Source of the DNA: a candidate division FCPU426 bacterium
GTDB taxonomy: Bacteria > Oederibacteriota > PGYV01 > Palsa-1178
Length of the DNA: 64,000 nt
NCBI GenBank assembly: GCA_963840035.1
Contig: CAWIXE010000001.1
Span: 832,001-896,000 of the forward strand
Direction of reading: 5' to 3'
The position numbers and the translations under genes were made by a program. The notes under the pieces were generated by a model. That model was not told where the DNA came from, did no database searches, and worked only from the letters and a program-made list of their open reading frames with translations. Each line of letters starts with the position of its first letter. Position 1 is the first letter of the stretch. Positions 36,805-47,700 of the stretch are shown here, piece after piece.

Positions 36805-39420
36805 GTGGTACAGCAAAACGCAAGCCAGGCAATAAAAAAAGAGCGCGGGATAAACGCGGTGAAACCGCAGGTATATGATTTTGAGCCGTCGGAAGCCGCG
36901 CTGGAAACAATTTTTGGAAGCCTTAGAACCGCGGAAAAGGGGCTGTCAGATAAAGAGGCGGCATCCAGGCTCCATGAATACGGGTATAACCAGCCTGCCA
37001 GGAAAAAAGAACTCGGCATCGCGGCGCAGATTCTCGCCAAATTCATAAATCCACTTGTTGTTGTCCTGCTTATAATAGGCGGGCTATCCCTTTTTTTTGG
37101 AGAAATAATAAGCGCCGTACTTGTCCTTGCCATGATAATACTCTCCGTATTCCTCAGTTATTTTCAGGAGTACCGTTCCGGTAAAGAAGTGGAAAAACTC
37201 ATGGAAATGGTAAAAACAACCACTACTGTTTACAGAAACGGCAAACCCAGGGAAGTAAACATCATGGAAATAGTGCCAGGGGATATTGTCGACCTGTACG
37301 CGGGCGACATGATACCTGCGGATTTGCGCATTATTTCATGCAAGGACCTCTTTATTAACCAGGCGACGCTGACCGGCGAATCCATCCCTGTGGAAAAGAC
37401 CTCAAAACCCATGGATAAAAAACCAGGGTCTATCGCCGAGATGACAAACCTTGCTTTCATGGGGTCGTCAGTTGTAAGCGGCACCGGCCTTGGCGTCGTA
37501 GTCCATACCGGGCTTTATACGCAGTTTGGGGAGCTTTCAAAGAGGCTCTCGACCATGGTGGCGGAGTCGAGCTTTGACAAAGGCGTAAATAAATTCACAT
37601 GGTCCATGATACAGGTCATGGTCGTGATGGTGGTCGTGATTTTCGCCATAAACTGGGGATTAAAGAAAAATTTTCTTGAGGCGCTTATGTTCTCCCTGGC
37701 TGTGGCAGTGGGATTGACGCCGGAAATGCTCCCGCTTATCATCACCATAAACCTTTCAAAAGGCGCCATTCAGATGGCAAAGAAAAAAGTTATAGTAAAG
37801 CGGCTTAACGCCATCCAGAACCTGGGCGCCATGGATATTCTCTGCACGGATAAAACAGGCACGATCACCATGGATAAGGTCGTGCTGGAAAAATACTGCG
37901 ACGTAATGAGGCACGACGACAAGGACGTGCTCCGGCACGCGTGCTTAAACAGCTATTATCAGACGGGGTTAAAGAACATCCTGGACCGAGCCATATTGAA
38001 ATACGCCAACAAGCAGGAGGGCTTTGACATCACAAGTTTCAAGAAAGTCGACGAGATCCCCTTTGATTTTTCCAGGAGGATAATGTCCGTGGCTGTGGAG
38101 ATGGAGGGCAAGACCAGGCTCATATCCAAGGGCGCGCCTGAGGAGATTTTCAAGCGGTGCACGAGATACGAACTTGACGGGGACATACTGGAGATGGAGT
38201 ACCTGATACTCGCCGACTTAAAAGACGAGTACGACAGGCTCTCGGCGGACGGCTTCAGGGTGCTGGCAATCGCGTACAGGGATTTTGACGGCAGTAAAAC
38301 AGACCTCGCGCGCGACGACGAGAGTTCCCTCATACTCAAAGGCTATGTGGCTTTCCTGGACCCACCCAAGGCAAGCTCTGAGAAGGCCATCAAGATGCTG
38401 CGCCACTACGGCGTGCAGGTAAAAGTTTTAACAGGGGACAACGAGCTCGTAAGCAGGAAAATATGCGGCGACGTGGGGCTTGATGTGAAGGGCATGATAA
38501 CAGGCGACGCCGTGGATAAGATGGACGACATACAGCTGCAGTCGACAGTGGAGATTACTACGGTGTTTGCCAGGCTATCGCCCGTACAGAAGGAACGCGT
38601 CATACACGCGCTCCACGCAAACAAGCACATAGTGGGTTTCATGGGCGACGGCATCAATGACGCGCTCGCCTTAAAAGCAGCGGACGTCGGCATATCGGTC
38701 AATAACGCGGTGGATATCGCGAAAGAATCCGCGGACATAATACTGCTTGAGAAAAAACTTTCGGTGCTTGAAGACGGGGTCATAGAGGGCAGGAAAACTT
38801 TCGGGAACATTACGAAGTACATAAAGATGGCCTCATCGTCAAACTTCGGCAACATGCTATCCATGACAGGAGCCTCATTATTCCTGCCGTTTTTGCCCAT
38901 GACCCCGATACAGGTACTGTTTAATAACTTCCTTTACGACATATCGCAGACAGCCATACCCACTGACGAGGTGGACGAGGAATACATAAAGTCGCCAAGG
39001 CCGTGGAATGTCTCGGCCATCAGGAAGTACATGTTCTTCATAGGGCCGGTGAGTTCCATATTTGACTTTGCCACGTTTGCCGTGATGATTTTCATCTTCA
39101 ACTGCACCGCGGCCACGCAGGGTCTTTTCCACACGGGCTGGTTCATAGAGTCGCTCGTGTCACAGACGCTGGTGATTTATATAATAAGGACGGCAAAGGT
39201 ACCCATAGCACAGTCCAGGCCGAGTAAATTCCTGGTTTTTACAACGCTTGCCATAATAGCAGCAGGAATTATAATCCCATTTACGCCCATGGCGCACTGG
39301 TTCGGTTTTGAACACCCGCCGGCAAAATACTTCATAATACTTGAACTTCTGATAGCCGCGTATTTGTTCCTGGTTTACTACGTGCAGAAATTCTTTATAA
39401 AGAAGTTCGGGGCGGACTAA
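36805..39420 (+). CDS. mgtA: Magnesium-translocating P-type ATPase (P3B)
   Basis: TGES, AVGLTPEMLP, DKTGT, PFDF.RR, KGAPEE, TGDN, GDGIND, SSNFGN, LYD.SQ..IP.D, FHTGWFIES. Start codon uncertain. Confidence 0.93.
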   Translation: MVQQNASQAIKKERGINAVKPQVYDFEPSEAALETIFGSLRTAEKGLSDKEAASRLHEYGYNQPARKKELGIAAQILAKFINPLVVVLLIIGGLSLFFGEIISAVLVLAMIILSVFLSYFQEYRSGKEVEKLMEMVKTTTTVYRNGKPREVNIMEIVPGDIVDLYAGDMIPADLRIISCKDLFINQATLTGESIPVEKTSKPMDKKPGSIAEMTNLAFMGSSVVSGTGLGVVVHTGLYTQFGELSKRLSTMVAESSFDKGVNKFTWSMIQVMVVMVVVIFAINWGLKKNFLEALMFSLAVAVGLTPEMLPLIITINLSKGAIQMAKKKVIVKRLNAIQNLGAMDILCTDKTGTITMDKVVLEKYCDVMRHDDKDVLRHACLNSYYQTGLKNILDRAILKYANKQEGFDITSFKKVDEIPFDFSRRIMSVAVEMEGKTRLISKGAPEEIFKRCTRYELDGDILEMEYLILADLKDEYDRLSADGFRVLAIAYRDFDGSKTDLARDDESSLILKGYVAFLDPPKASSEKAIKMLRHYGVQVKVLTGDNELVSRKICGDVGLDVKGMITGDAVDKMDDIQLQSTVEITTVFARLSPVQKERVIHALHANKHIVGFMGDGINDALALKAADVGISVNNAVDIAKESADIILLEKKLSVLEDGVIEGRKTFGNITKYIKMASSSNFGNMLSMTGASLFLPFLPMTPIQVLFNNFLYDISQTAIPTDEVDEEYIKSPRPWNVSAIRKYMFFIGPVSSIFDFATFAVMIFIFNCTAATQGLFHTGWFIESLVSQTLVIYIIRTAKVPIAQSRPSKFLVFTTLAIIAAGIIIPFTPMAHWFGFEHPPAKYFIILELLIAAYLFLVYYVQKFFIKKFGAD

Positions 39421-39433
39421 TAACGATTACACA

Positions 39434-39501
39434 AATTACCAATTACTAATTACTAGGGAAAACGTCTTTTATTTGTAATTAGTAATTTGTAATTGGTAAT
39501 T
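39434..39501. repeat. Hairpin with AATTACY 7-nt periodic arms
   Basis: aattaccaattactaattacta ... tgtaattagtaatttgtaattggtaatt; similar single arm near 15813-15843. Confidence 0.65.
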
Positions 39502-39572
39502 AAAGGATTTTCGTTAAATAATCCCAATTTTGAACGGGTTTTATGGAATTCCGTAACTTTGCCACTTTCAAT

Positions 39573-39601
39573 TTGTCTTAAATATGGCTGTATGCTATAC
39601 T
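39573..39601 (+). promoter_or_regulatory. Putative sigma70 promoter for the GH8 gene
   Basis: ttgtct-N17-tatact with TGn extension. Confidence 0.55.
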
Positions 39602-39650
39602 TATAACACTGAATTTAACCGATTAACTTGTGTATAGGAGATTGCGGAAT

Positions 39651-42600
39651 ATGAAAAGGCATTTCATTTTAATCGCACTCATTTTCAATTTTATATTTTC
39701 AATTTTCAATTATTCCTTTGCAGATACCTGCACCATGCCTTTCCCCCAGAACGCTACATACCCATATGGCATAAAACCTGACAACTATACGCAGTCACAG
39801 ATGGCCCAGCATTGTCTGGATTGGTATAATTTATGGCGCGCTAAGTATGTCACAAACAACGGGTGCAACGCAGGGGAATACCGGCTGCAAAGGACAGAGA
39901 CAGGGGACCTGGTATATAACATTAATAACGATACGGTCAGTGAAGGTATCGGATATGGCATGGTCATCATGGTTTACATGTCTTCTGCTACAAATAATAC
40001 AAAGCAGTATTTTGACGGGATGTGGAATTATTACTGGCGCTACAGGAACGGCAACAACCTCATGAACTGGAGGATAAACGGCGCAGGAGGACAGGCGCCA
40101 AACGGCGCCAACGGCGCGACTGATGCTGACGAGGATGTGGCATTCGCCCTCATCGCAGCTGACAAGCAGTGGGGGTCAGGCGGCGTTATCAACTATAAGC
40201 AGAAAGCTACGGACCTGATTGGAGAGATACTCTCACATGAAATAGAAGCTGATTTTGACATAAGGCCGGGTGACGGATGGGATTACGGCAACCCGTCCTA
40301 CTTCGCCCCGTATGAATACAGGATGTTCGGGGACTATACCGCGAATAACGCCTGGTATAACGCGGCAACCCACACATACAATACGATTGTAAAATATTAT
40401 TACAACTCACCACTGACTTATAATTCCGGGCTTGGCATATCAACAGGGTTACAGCCAAACTGGTGCGCTTATGACGGCACGCCGCAACACGCGGGCGGGT
40501 ACCCGACAGACAGCCAGTTCTGGTGGGACGCATGCAGGCACCCGTGGAGGCAGAGCTATGATTACCTGCTTTACGGCACGCAGAACCACCAGCTTGCCTA
40601 TGATAATAATTACAGGATATCATATTTTTTTAAGACCAAATATGCCGGCGACCCGAGCCTGATATTGTCACACTATAACTTAAACGGGACAGAGATGACA
40701 TGGAAGACATCGGACCATCCGGAAAATGATTATGACACCGCCCACCCACACACCGACCTGGCATTAGAGGATGTAATGAACCTGCCTGGCGTGGTCGGGG
40801 CAATAGGAATCGCATCCATGGTTGAAGGCGACCAGGACTGGACCAACAGCCTGTATGACAGACTCGTTAACATGGATGCGGGAAACGGGCCCGGGCAGCT
40901 TACGGAAACGAATATAAGCTGGGGGACTGACTACTTTTGCGATATTTTAAAAATGCAGTACCTGCTGATAATGACAGGCAACATGCCAAACCCGCTCGGG
41001 AATTATCCGTCGCCGACGCCCACAAATACCTGGGACATATTGCAGCCCACATATACTGCGACACCTGTCGTAGGCCAGGGTATGTTTGATGACTTTGAAA
41101 CAGGGTCACTTAAGAACCTGGACCTGCCCGCGGCACAGACAGGGTTTACCGGAGTGATAAATTCAGGCGACCTGCCGTATACCGGGACAAGGTCCGTAAA
41201 AATTACATCAGTAAACAACGGCTGGGGAGGTTTCGGGATAGACTCGCCGTACGCCGGGGCTTCAGGATACAGAAATTTTTCAGGCGCTACAGCCATCGAG
41301 TTTGACATACGCTCATCGGCGGCGCTCACATTTTTCATAAAAATCATAGAAAATAACGGGGAAGAGTGGTCGAACAGGGGCGCGACCAGGTCAATAACCG
41401 CAAATACATGGACACATATAACCATCACTATAGCCAGCCTTGCCGTGGATTATGTTGTTGGCGATAATGTAAAAGACCTGTCCGTAATTCAAAAATTCTT
41501 TCTTCAGACTAATACGCCGCCGGGAGCCGCCATTTACATAGACAACATACAGTTCACAGGGCCGATTGCTACATATACCAGAACCGTAACAGCCTCCCCG
41601 ACCAAAACACCATTTGGGACAAAGACCATAACACCGACCTTCTCAAAAACGGCAACAAACACGCCGTATTTCACGCCGACAATAACACCCACTTTTACTG
41701 CAACCGGCACGGACACGCCGTATTACTCGCCTACAAACACACCCACGTTCACATCCACCGTCAGCGTGGCTTTCGGAATATTTGACGATTTTGAGACCGG
41801 AGTTCTTGAGTCGCCTGACCAGTCAACCAGCGGATGCGCCCCGGAATACAGCAACAGCACCGCGAGGCCCAATACGGGCAGCAGGTCGCTTTTGTCGCCT
41901 TACACCGCGTGCCAGCCTGGCGGATGGGGTTCATATATAGCCATAGGCTCTCCTTATAATACAGCCACGGACCCTGATTTTTACAGGGACTTTACAGGCG
42001 CGACAGCCATAGAGTTTTATATATACGCCCCCGCTAATACAAACTTTTTCATAAAACTGGAAGAGTGGGATTCCGGCATGGGCGGAACAAACCCGGATGG
42101 CGAGGATTGGTATAATAAGGCTTCGACCACAATAACCGCGGGACAAGCCAATATCTGGACAAAGATAACATACAACCTTACCACCGGAGCCACGGGGATT
42201 TTCGGGCAGTATGGAAGCTCCGGAAGGCAGGGCGGCAATGGGGCGCTGAACTTAAGCGGCATTGAAAGGGTCGGTTTCCAGTTCAACGGCGGTACCACCG
42301 GCCCCATTTACATAGACAACATTAAATTCACGGGAATGTCCACTCCGACATATACACGCACGCCTTCATACACAAGGACATCAACAAGGACGCCTTTGAT
42401 AACTCCGACATTTACAAAAACTTCCACGGGGACACCGACCACGGAGGACACCGCCACGCTTACCGGAACGCCGTCGAGGACATATACCGCCACATTTACG
42501 GCGACAAATACTCCGCAGCAGCCGACAAATACTTTTACCATGACATATACCGCCACGGCCACTTATATCATAATGGTCTATTCACCGACATTCACACCGA

Positions 42601-43400
42601 CTTATACAAAGACCCATACGGTTACATTGACGTCAACCGCCACTAAAACATATACCCCTGAAAATACCGCGACGAGAACAGCCACGGAAACATTTACCGC
42701 GACTGAGACATTTACCGTGACGGTGACGCTCACGCATACTGCCACGCCGACTTTTACCATATCGCGGACGCACACCATAACCCAGACTGCGACTCAGACC
42801 ATAACAGGCACACCGCCCACTGAAACCTATACGCCGTCCATAACGCAGACTTGGACCAGTTCAGCCACCTATACGAATACGGCGACAAAGACTGCGACGG
42901 TCACGCTGACATCCTCGCCGGTTAATACCTCCACTTTTACAGCCACTCATTCGCCGACCTTAAACCCCAGTTCTACATCAACACCGGCGGCGACTGACAC
43001 AAAGACATCCACGCCCGCGCCGAGCGCCACGATAACACACACATATACGCCCGGCTTTACATCAACCCCGACTCCGGTTGCCACCACCACCGGGTTCCAC
43101 ATAGATGAAGAAAAAGTTTATCCCTGCCCGTATGACGGGAAAAGCGGGGGATTAAAAATAACATTCAGGTCCACTAAAAACCTGAAAAACGCCTCGGCCA
43201 GGATATATACCACCGGCTACAGGCTTGTGACAAAAACCAGGGATACCGGGGCAAGGGAAGTGGGCAGGGTCATAATGGACATTCCAACCGGCGATTTAAA
43301 AGGCCTGGCAGCAGGTTCGTACTACTATATTATAGACGCTGAGTCAGACGACTCCATAAAAGTTGTATCAAAAATAGGGCTCATACAGATTATAAAGTAA
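39651..43400 (+). CDS. Secreted GH8 glycoside hydrolase + two CBM11/CIA30-like modules + Thr-rich linkers + YPxP C-terminal domain
   Basis: TVSEGIGYGM, ATDADED.A.AL..A.K.W, NPSYFAP, DACR.PWR; two 'FDDFETG...YR.F.GATAIEF.I...W...IYIDNI.FTG' modules. Confidence 0.88.
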   Translation: MKRHFILIALIFNFIFSIFNYSFADTCTMPFPQNATYPYGIKPDNYTQSQMAQHCLDWYNLWRAKYVTNNGCNAGEYRLQRTETGDLVYNINNDTVSEGIGYGMVIMVYMSSATNNTKQYFDGMWNYYWRYRNGNNLMNWRINGAGGQAPNGANGATDADEDVAFALIAADKQWGSGGVINYKQKATDLIGEILSHEIEADFDIRPGDGWDYGNPSYFAPYEYRMFGDYTANNAWYNAATHTYNTIVKYYYNSPLTYNSGLGISTGLQPNWCAYDGTPQHAGGYPTDSQFWWDACRHPWRQSYDYLLYGTQNHQLAYDNNYRISYFFKTKYAGDPSLILSHYNLNGTEMTWKTSDHPENDYDTAHPHTDLALEDVMNLPGVVGAIGIASMVEGDQDWTNSLYDRLVNMDAGNGPGQLTETNISWGTDYFCDILKMQYLLIMTGNMPNPLGNYPSPTPTNTWDILQPTYTATPVVGQGMFDDFETGSLKNLDLPAAQTGFTGVINSGDLPYTGTRSVKITSVNNGWGGFGIDSPYAGASGYRNFSGATAIEFDIRSSAALTFFIKIIENNGEEWSNRGATRSITANTWTHITITIASLAVDYVVGDNVKDLSVIQKFFLQTNTPPGAAIYIDNIQFTGPIATYTRTVTASPTKTPFGTKTITPTFSKTATNTPYFTPTITPTFTATGTDTPYYSPTNTPTFTSTVSVAFGIFDDFETGVLESPDQSTSGCAPEYSNSTARPNTGSRSLLSPYTACQPGGWGSYIAIGSPYNTATDPDFYRDFTGATAIEFYIYAPANTNFFIKLEEWDSGMGGTNPDGEDWYNKASTTITAGQANIWTKITYNLTTGATGIFGQYGSSGRQGGNGALNLSGIERVGFQFNGGTTGPIYIDNIKFTGMSTPTYTRTPSYTRTSTRTPLITPTFTKTSTGTPTTEDTATLTGTPSRTYTATFTATNTPQQPTNTFTMTYTATATYIIMVYSPTFTPTYTKTHTVTLTSTATKTYTPENTATRTATETFTATETFTVTVTLTHTATPTFTISRTHTITQTATQTITGTPPTETYTPSITQTWTSSATYTNTATKTATVTLTSSPVNTSTFTATHSPTLNPSSTSTPAATDTKTSTPAPSATITHTYTPGFTSTPTPVATTTGFHIDEEKVYPCPYDGKSGGLKITFRSTKNLKNASARIYTTGYRLVTKTRDTGAREVGRVIMDIPTGDLKGLAAGSYYYIIDAESDDSIKVVSKIGLIQIIK

Positions 43401-43434
43401 TTGCTGCATAAAATTTGATGACGGGTTAAAAGAG

Positions 43435-43466
43435 GGGCGGCTTGATGTGCCGCCCTTGATTTTTTT
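43435..43466 (+). terminator. Rho-independent terminator
   Basis: gggcggc-ttgatgt-gccgccc followed by ttgattttttt. Confidence 0.65.
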
Positions 43467-43510
43467 CAGGTTTTGCATTACAATGAAGAAAATAGGGAAG
43501 GGATGTGCAT

Positions 43511-44524
43511 ATGAGGGCTACAACCATAAAGGACATAGGAAAAAAGCTGGGCGTAAGCCACACTACTGTATCCAGGGCAATTACCGGCGATACGCGCATA
43601 AGCGAAAAGACAAGGGCCCTGGTGCTAAAGACAGCCAAAGAGATGCACTATACCCCGAACGCGGCGGCCCGCGGGCTTGTCAGGGGAAAATCAAACACCG
43701 TGGCCATAGTGGCTCCGACATATTTCGCCAACTTCTCCACGGATATCATGAGGGGCATAGAGCCTGAAATGATAAAGACCCGCTATGATATCAACTACTA
43801 CTCCACAAGCATGTACACCACCATAGGCACACAGGGCAGGGACAACTATGTTTTTGAAAAGATACTAAACGAGAAAAAAGCGGATGCCATCATAATATTG
43901 AATACTTCGCTCATGGGCGAGGACGGGATACTAGAGCGTTATAAAAAAGCGGGCATTCATGTGGTGTATATAGAAGGCGGCGGAGACTGGGGTCACAGGG
44001 TGCATTACGACAACCACATGGCCGCGTCCCTGGCTGTAAAGCACCTGATAGAGCGGGGCAGGAAAAGGATAGGGCTTCTAATCGGCAACTGGCAGTATGT
44101 GGCTTCACAGAAGGAAAGGGTTGACGGGTTTAAAAAAGGCATGCAGGAATACGGCGGAAAGCTGGAAAAGGAATCCATCTACAGTTTTTACGAGGACTTC
44201 GGGGATGAGTGCAGGAACGCGCTCCATCATTTTATAGAAAATAAGATAAACGCCATTTACGTCGGCACCGGGGACGAGGACGCGGCAAAAATAATAGCTG
44301 AAGCAAACAAGCTCGGGTTAAAGGTTCCGGAAGACCTCTCGATAGTCGGGCAGGATGATATCAGGATGGCCGGATACCTGGGATTAACCACAGTCAAGCA
44401 GCCAATAGTGGCAATGGGGCAGAAAGCCGTGGAGCTCGCGGTGAATGCCATAGAAAAAAATGAAGTAAAGAACATGCGGGATGAAATTTTTTACCCTGAA
44501 CTCATAATCAGAAAGACCACATAA
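43511..44524 (+). CDS. LacI-family transcriptional regulator
   Basis: TIKDIG..LGVS..TVSRA, Y.PN.AARGL, VPEDLSIVG.DD, LTTV.QP, PELI.R.T. Confidence 0.93.
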   Translation: MRATTIKDIGKKLGVSHTTVSRAITGDTRISEKTRALVLKTAKEMHYTPNAAARGLVRGKSNTVAIVAPTYFANFSTDIMRGIEPEMIKTRYDINYYSTSMYTTIGTQGRDNYVFEKILNEKKADAIIILNTSLMGEDGILERYKKAGIHVVYIEGGGDWGHRVHYDNHMAASLAVKHLIERGRKRIGLLIGNWQYVASQKERVDGFKKGMQEYGGKLEKESIYSFYEDFGDECRNALHHFIENKINAIYVGTGDEDAAKIIAEANKLGLKVPEDLSIVGQDDIRMAGYLGLTTVKQPIVAMGQKAVELAVNAIEKNEVKNMRDEIFYPELIIRKTT

Positions 44525-44621
44525 ACTAAAAAGGGACGTTTTTTACCTTTTCACGCAAAAACCTCAAAAATCATTAACCAGTTAACCAGCCCGTTTTCAT
44601 GTTAAAACTGGCACGCCTATT

Positions 44622-44704
44622 GTTTCACGTGTTAAACTTGACAATAACGTTCATATTTAGTATAACTATAGTAGTTCACACGTGTGAATTGCACACGTGT
44701 GGAA
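44622..44704 (+). promoter_or_regulatory. Sigma70 promoter with CACACGTGTG palindromic operators
   Basis: ttgaca(44638)-N17-tataac(44661); perfect ttcacacgtgtgaa at 44675-44688 and a second cacacgtgtg at 44692-44701; 21 nt identical to 53396-53416. Confidence 0.75.
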
Positions 44705-44794
44705 TAGCAGAAAACGGAAGCATGCCTTCCGTATTTTTTTCGGCCGACCGGTTAATCGTTACAATAAAACCGGCGGTTCTATAAGGAGATTACA

Positions 44795-47700
44795 ATGGGT
44801 ATCAAAGCAATCGGGGTTGTAAGAAATTTAATTCTGGTTTTTGCGGTGACCTTCTTGTCAGCGGCCGCGGCTAATGCCGGAACTTCCAGCGTGAACGCAG
44901 GTGTTACCCACCAGGTCATCCGCGGTTTCGGAGCGAGCAATGCCTGGTCTGACTGCGGTTCCTGCACCCCTGGCAGCGCGAAGAACGCCTGGTTTACCCC
45001 GGCCAATCTTGACATGCTTTTTTCCACCAGCGGAAACGGCATCGGCCTTTCCATAATAAGAATGCGTATCCCGCCTGATTCGTCCCAGTTCGGAAGCGCC
45101 ATTGCGCCCGTGCAGGGGGCAGCGGCAAGGGGAGCAATAGTCATGGCCACGGAGTGGACGCCGCCGCCGCAGTGGAAGAGCGCGAATACAACGGCTAACT
45201 CCAACGGCGAGTACCTGCTGCCTGCCAATTACCAGAATTACGCGAATTACCTCCGGGATTTTGTCAATACCATGAAAAACACTTACAACGTCAACATATA
45301 CGCTTTATGCGGTTCCAACGAGCCTGATTACAAGGTGAGTTATGACGGCTGCTCGTGGGACGGCACCCAGGAATTGAATTTCATCAAGAATTACCTGGGG
45401 CCGACTTTTGCGACGGCAGGGCTGGCAACGAAAATAATCGTCGGTGAGTCATACGCGAATAATTTCGCGATTACCGACCCTACCCTCAATGACCCCGTAG
45501 CGGCAAATTACGTATCAATAGCCGCGGTACACACATACGGCGGCGGGCCTTCTGCTTACCCGCTGGCAGTGTCAAAGGGCAAGGAGTACTGGATGACAGA
45601 GATGGCTAATTTTCAGCCGTACGAAAGCGACATGACCGGTACAAACGGTGGCGGGCTTGTCTGGGCGGGAAGGATTCACACCGGGCTCGTGAACTCGGAA
45701 TATAACGCTTGGATTTACTGGTGGCTGTCCTCGGACGCCAGCAATGAGGGGCTCACACACCCGACTCTCGGCAACCCGAAACGTTTTTACGTCATGGGCA
45801 ATTACAGCAAGTTTATCAGGCCCGGATTTATAAGGATAGACGCGTCGCAGCCGGGTTCGGGAGTCACATGCTCGGCTTATAAGGAGCCGTCCGGAACAGG
45901 CTATGTAATAGTGGCGATTAATACAGGCGCCGCAGTGAACACCACGTTTAACCTGACAGGAATAAGCGCCGCGTCATTTACGCCGCATATTACTTCATCA
46001 TCACTGAACCTGGCAGCGCAGGCAGCGGTGACGGTATCGGGCAGTTCGTTTACCTACACACTCCCGGCGCAGAGCGTGGTGAGTTTTGTCGCCAGCGGGC
46101 CCCCGGCCACCGCCACACACACTCCGAACCCGGCATGGTCCAAAACTTTTACGCCGACAGCTTCCCCCACGCCGTACGGCGTGATGCTCGACACCATGGA
46201 GGACGGGGATAACGCGAACAACTGGGGCGGCAACTGGTACTCGTACTCAGGGACAGGAACAACCATTACGCCTAAACCCTTTAACATGACAGCGGGAGGC
46301 ATGACAGGCTCGGCAAACTACAGGGCCTCAATAATAGCCACAGTGGCTGACTATGCCGGCATGGGAACAAACTTAAACGCGGCTGAGACAGCGGTGGACA
46401 TGACAAACTACACATCCGTTGAGTTCTATGTAAAAGGAAACGGCGGATCGTACTGGTTTCAGTTTACGCAGCCATCCATAACAGACGGCGATAATTTCGG
46501 CATGACATTTACAGCGCCTGCCACGTGGACAAAAGTGACTATACCGCTGGACGCGGAAGTACTTACCCAGCGCGGTTACGGCGCGGCGTCAACATTTACA
46601 AAGAACGCGATAGCCGCGCTGCAGTGGGCGAGCAACGCCAACGGCGCGCTTGACATACAGATAGATAACGTGCAGTTTTTGTCTTCAGTGCCAATGTCGC
46701 CGACAAATACCCCGCCCGTACCTACGTCCACATTCACAAGGACCCCTGTGCCGCCTACAGCGACGTTTACAAAGACAAATACAGCTGTGGCGCCTACGGG
46801 CACATTTACAAGGACGCCCGTACCGCCGACTTCAACGTTTACAATGACAAATACGCCTGTACCGCCCACGGCGACACAGACAAAAACAAATACGGCTGTC
46901 GCGCCCACATCGACAAGCTCGGCAGTGCCTTCAGCCACTAACACGCAGATTATTCCGGTGAATACGGCAACGGCAACCGCTGTAATTCCTTCAGCCACGC
47001 CTACGGCAAATATCCCGGTACCGACAAACACAAATACGGCAGTACCGCCCACGGCGCTTCCCACGAACACAAACACGGCAGTACCGCCCACGGCGCTTCC
47101 CACGAACACAAACACGGCAGTACCGCCCACGGCGCTTCCCACTAACACAAACACGGCAGTACCGCCCACGGCGCTTCCCACGAACACAAATACGGCAGTG
47201 CCGCCGACTGCGATGCCGACGAAGACAAATACCCCTGTACCGCCGACAGCATTGCCGACAAAAACAAATACGCCATATATCCCGGCCGCAAGCGCGACAT
47301 TTACGCCGACCACGGGCCCGGTTATTATTTCGTTTAAGATAATGCTGAAGGAAGCCGACAATAATAACAGCACAAACAGTCCGCACCCGCAGTTCCGGAT
47401 AGTCAACACGGGCAATATGCCGCTTAACTTAAATAACGTGGAGGTCAGGTACTGGTTCAACTGTGACTGCACAGGCCAGGCGCTGCAGGTATATGTGGAC
47501 TATGCAGATTTGAAATCGGGTAATTCCGTAACAGCGGTAACATCAAAATTAAACACTGCAATTGCAGCTACAACGCTCGGAAATCAGTCGCATTATGTCT
47601 CGTTCAGGTTTAACAGCGGCACAATGCCGGCAATAATAGTGCCGCCGGGAGATCATGCAGAAGTGCAGGCCAGGTTCAACAAGTCTGACTGGTCGCCCAT

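Noticed and set aside
36700..36860. M-box riboswitch or mgtL-type leader before mgtA
   Set aside because: The gap is short and AT-rich with no recognisable conserved motif or Pro-rich leader.
44609..44624. Sigma54 promoter TGGCACG-CCTA-TTGTT
   Set aside because: The -12 GC is GT, the motif is not conserved in the paralogous module at 53.4 kb, and a good sigma70 promoter lies just downstream.
46576..47472. Val/Ala/Gly-rich minus-strand ORFs (also 23419-23838, 49446-50117, 61410-62000, 63446-63991)
   Set aside because: Antisense shadows of Thr/Pro linker codons.
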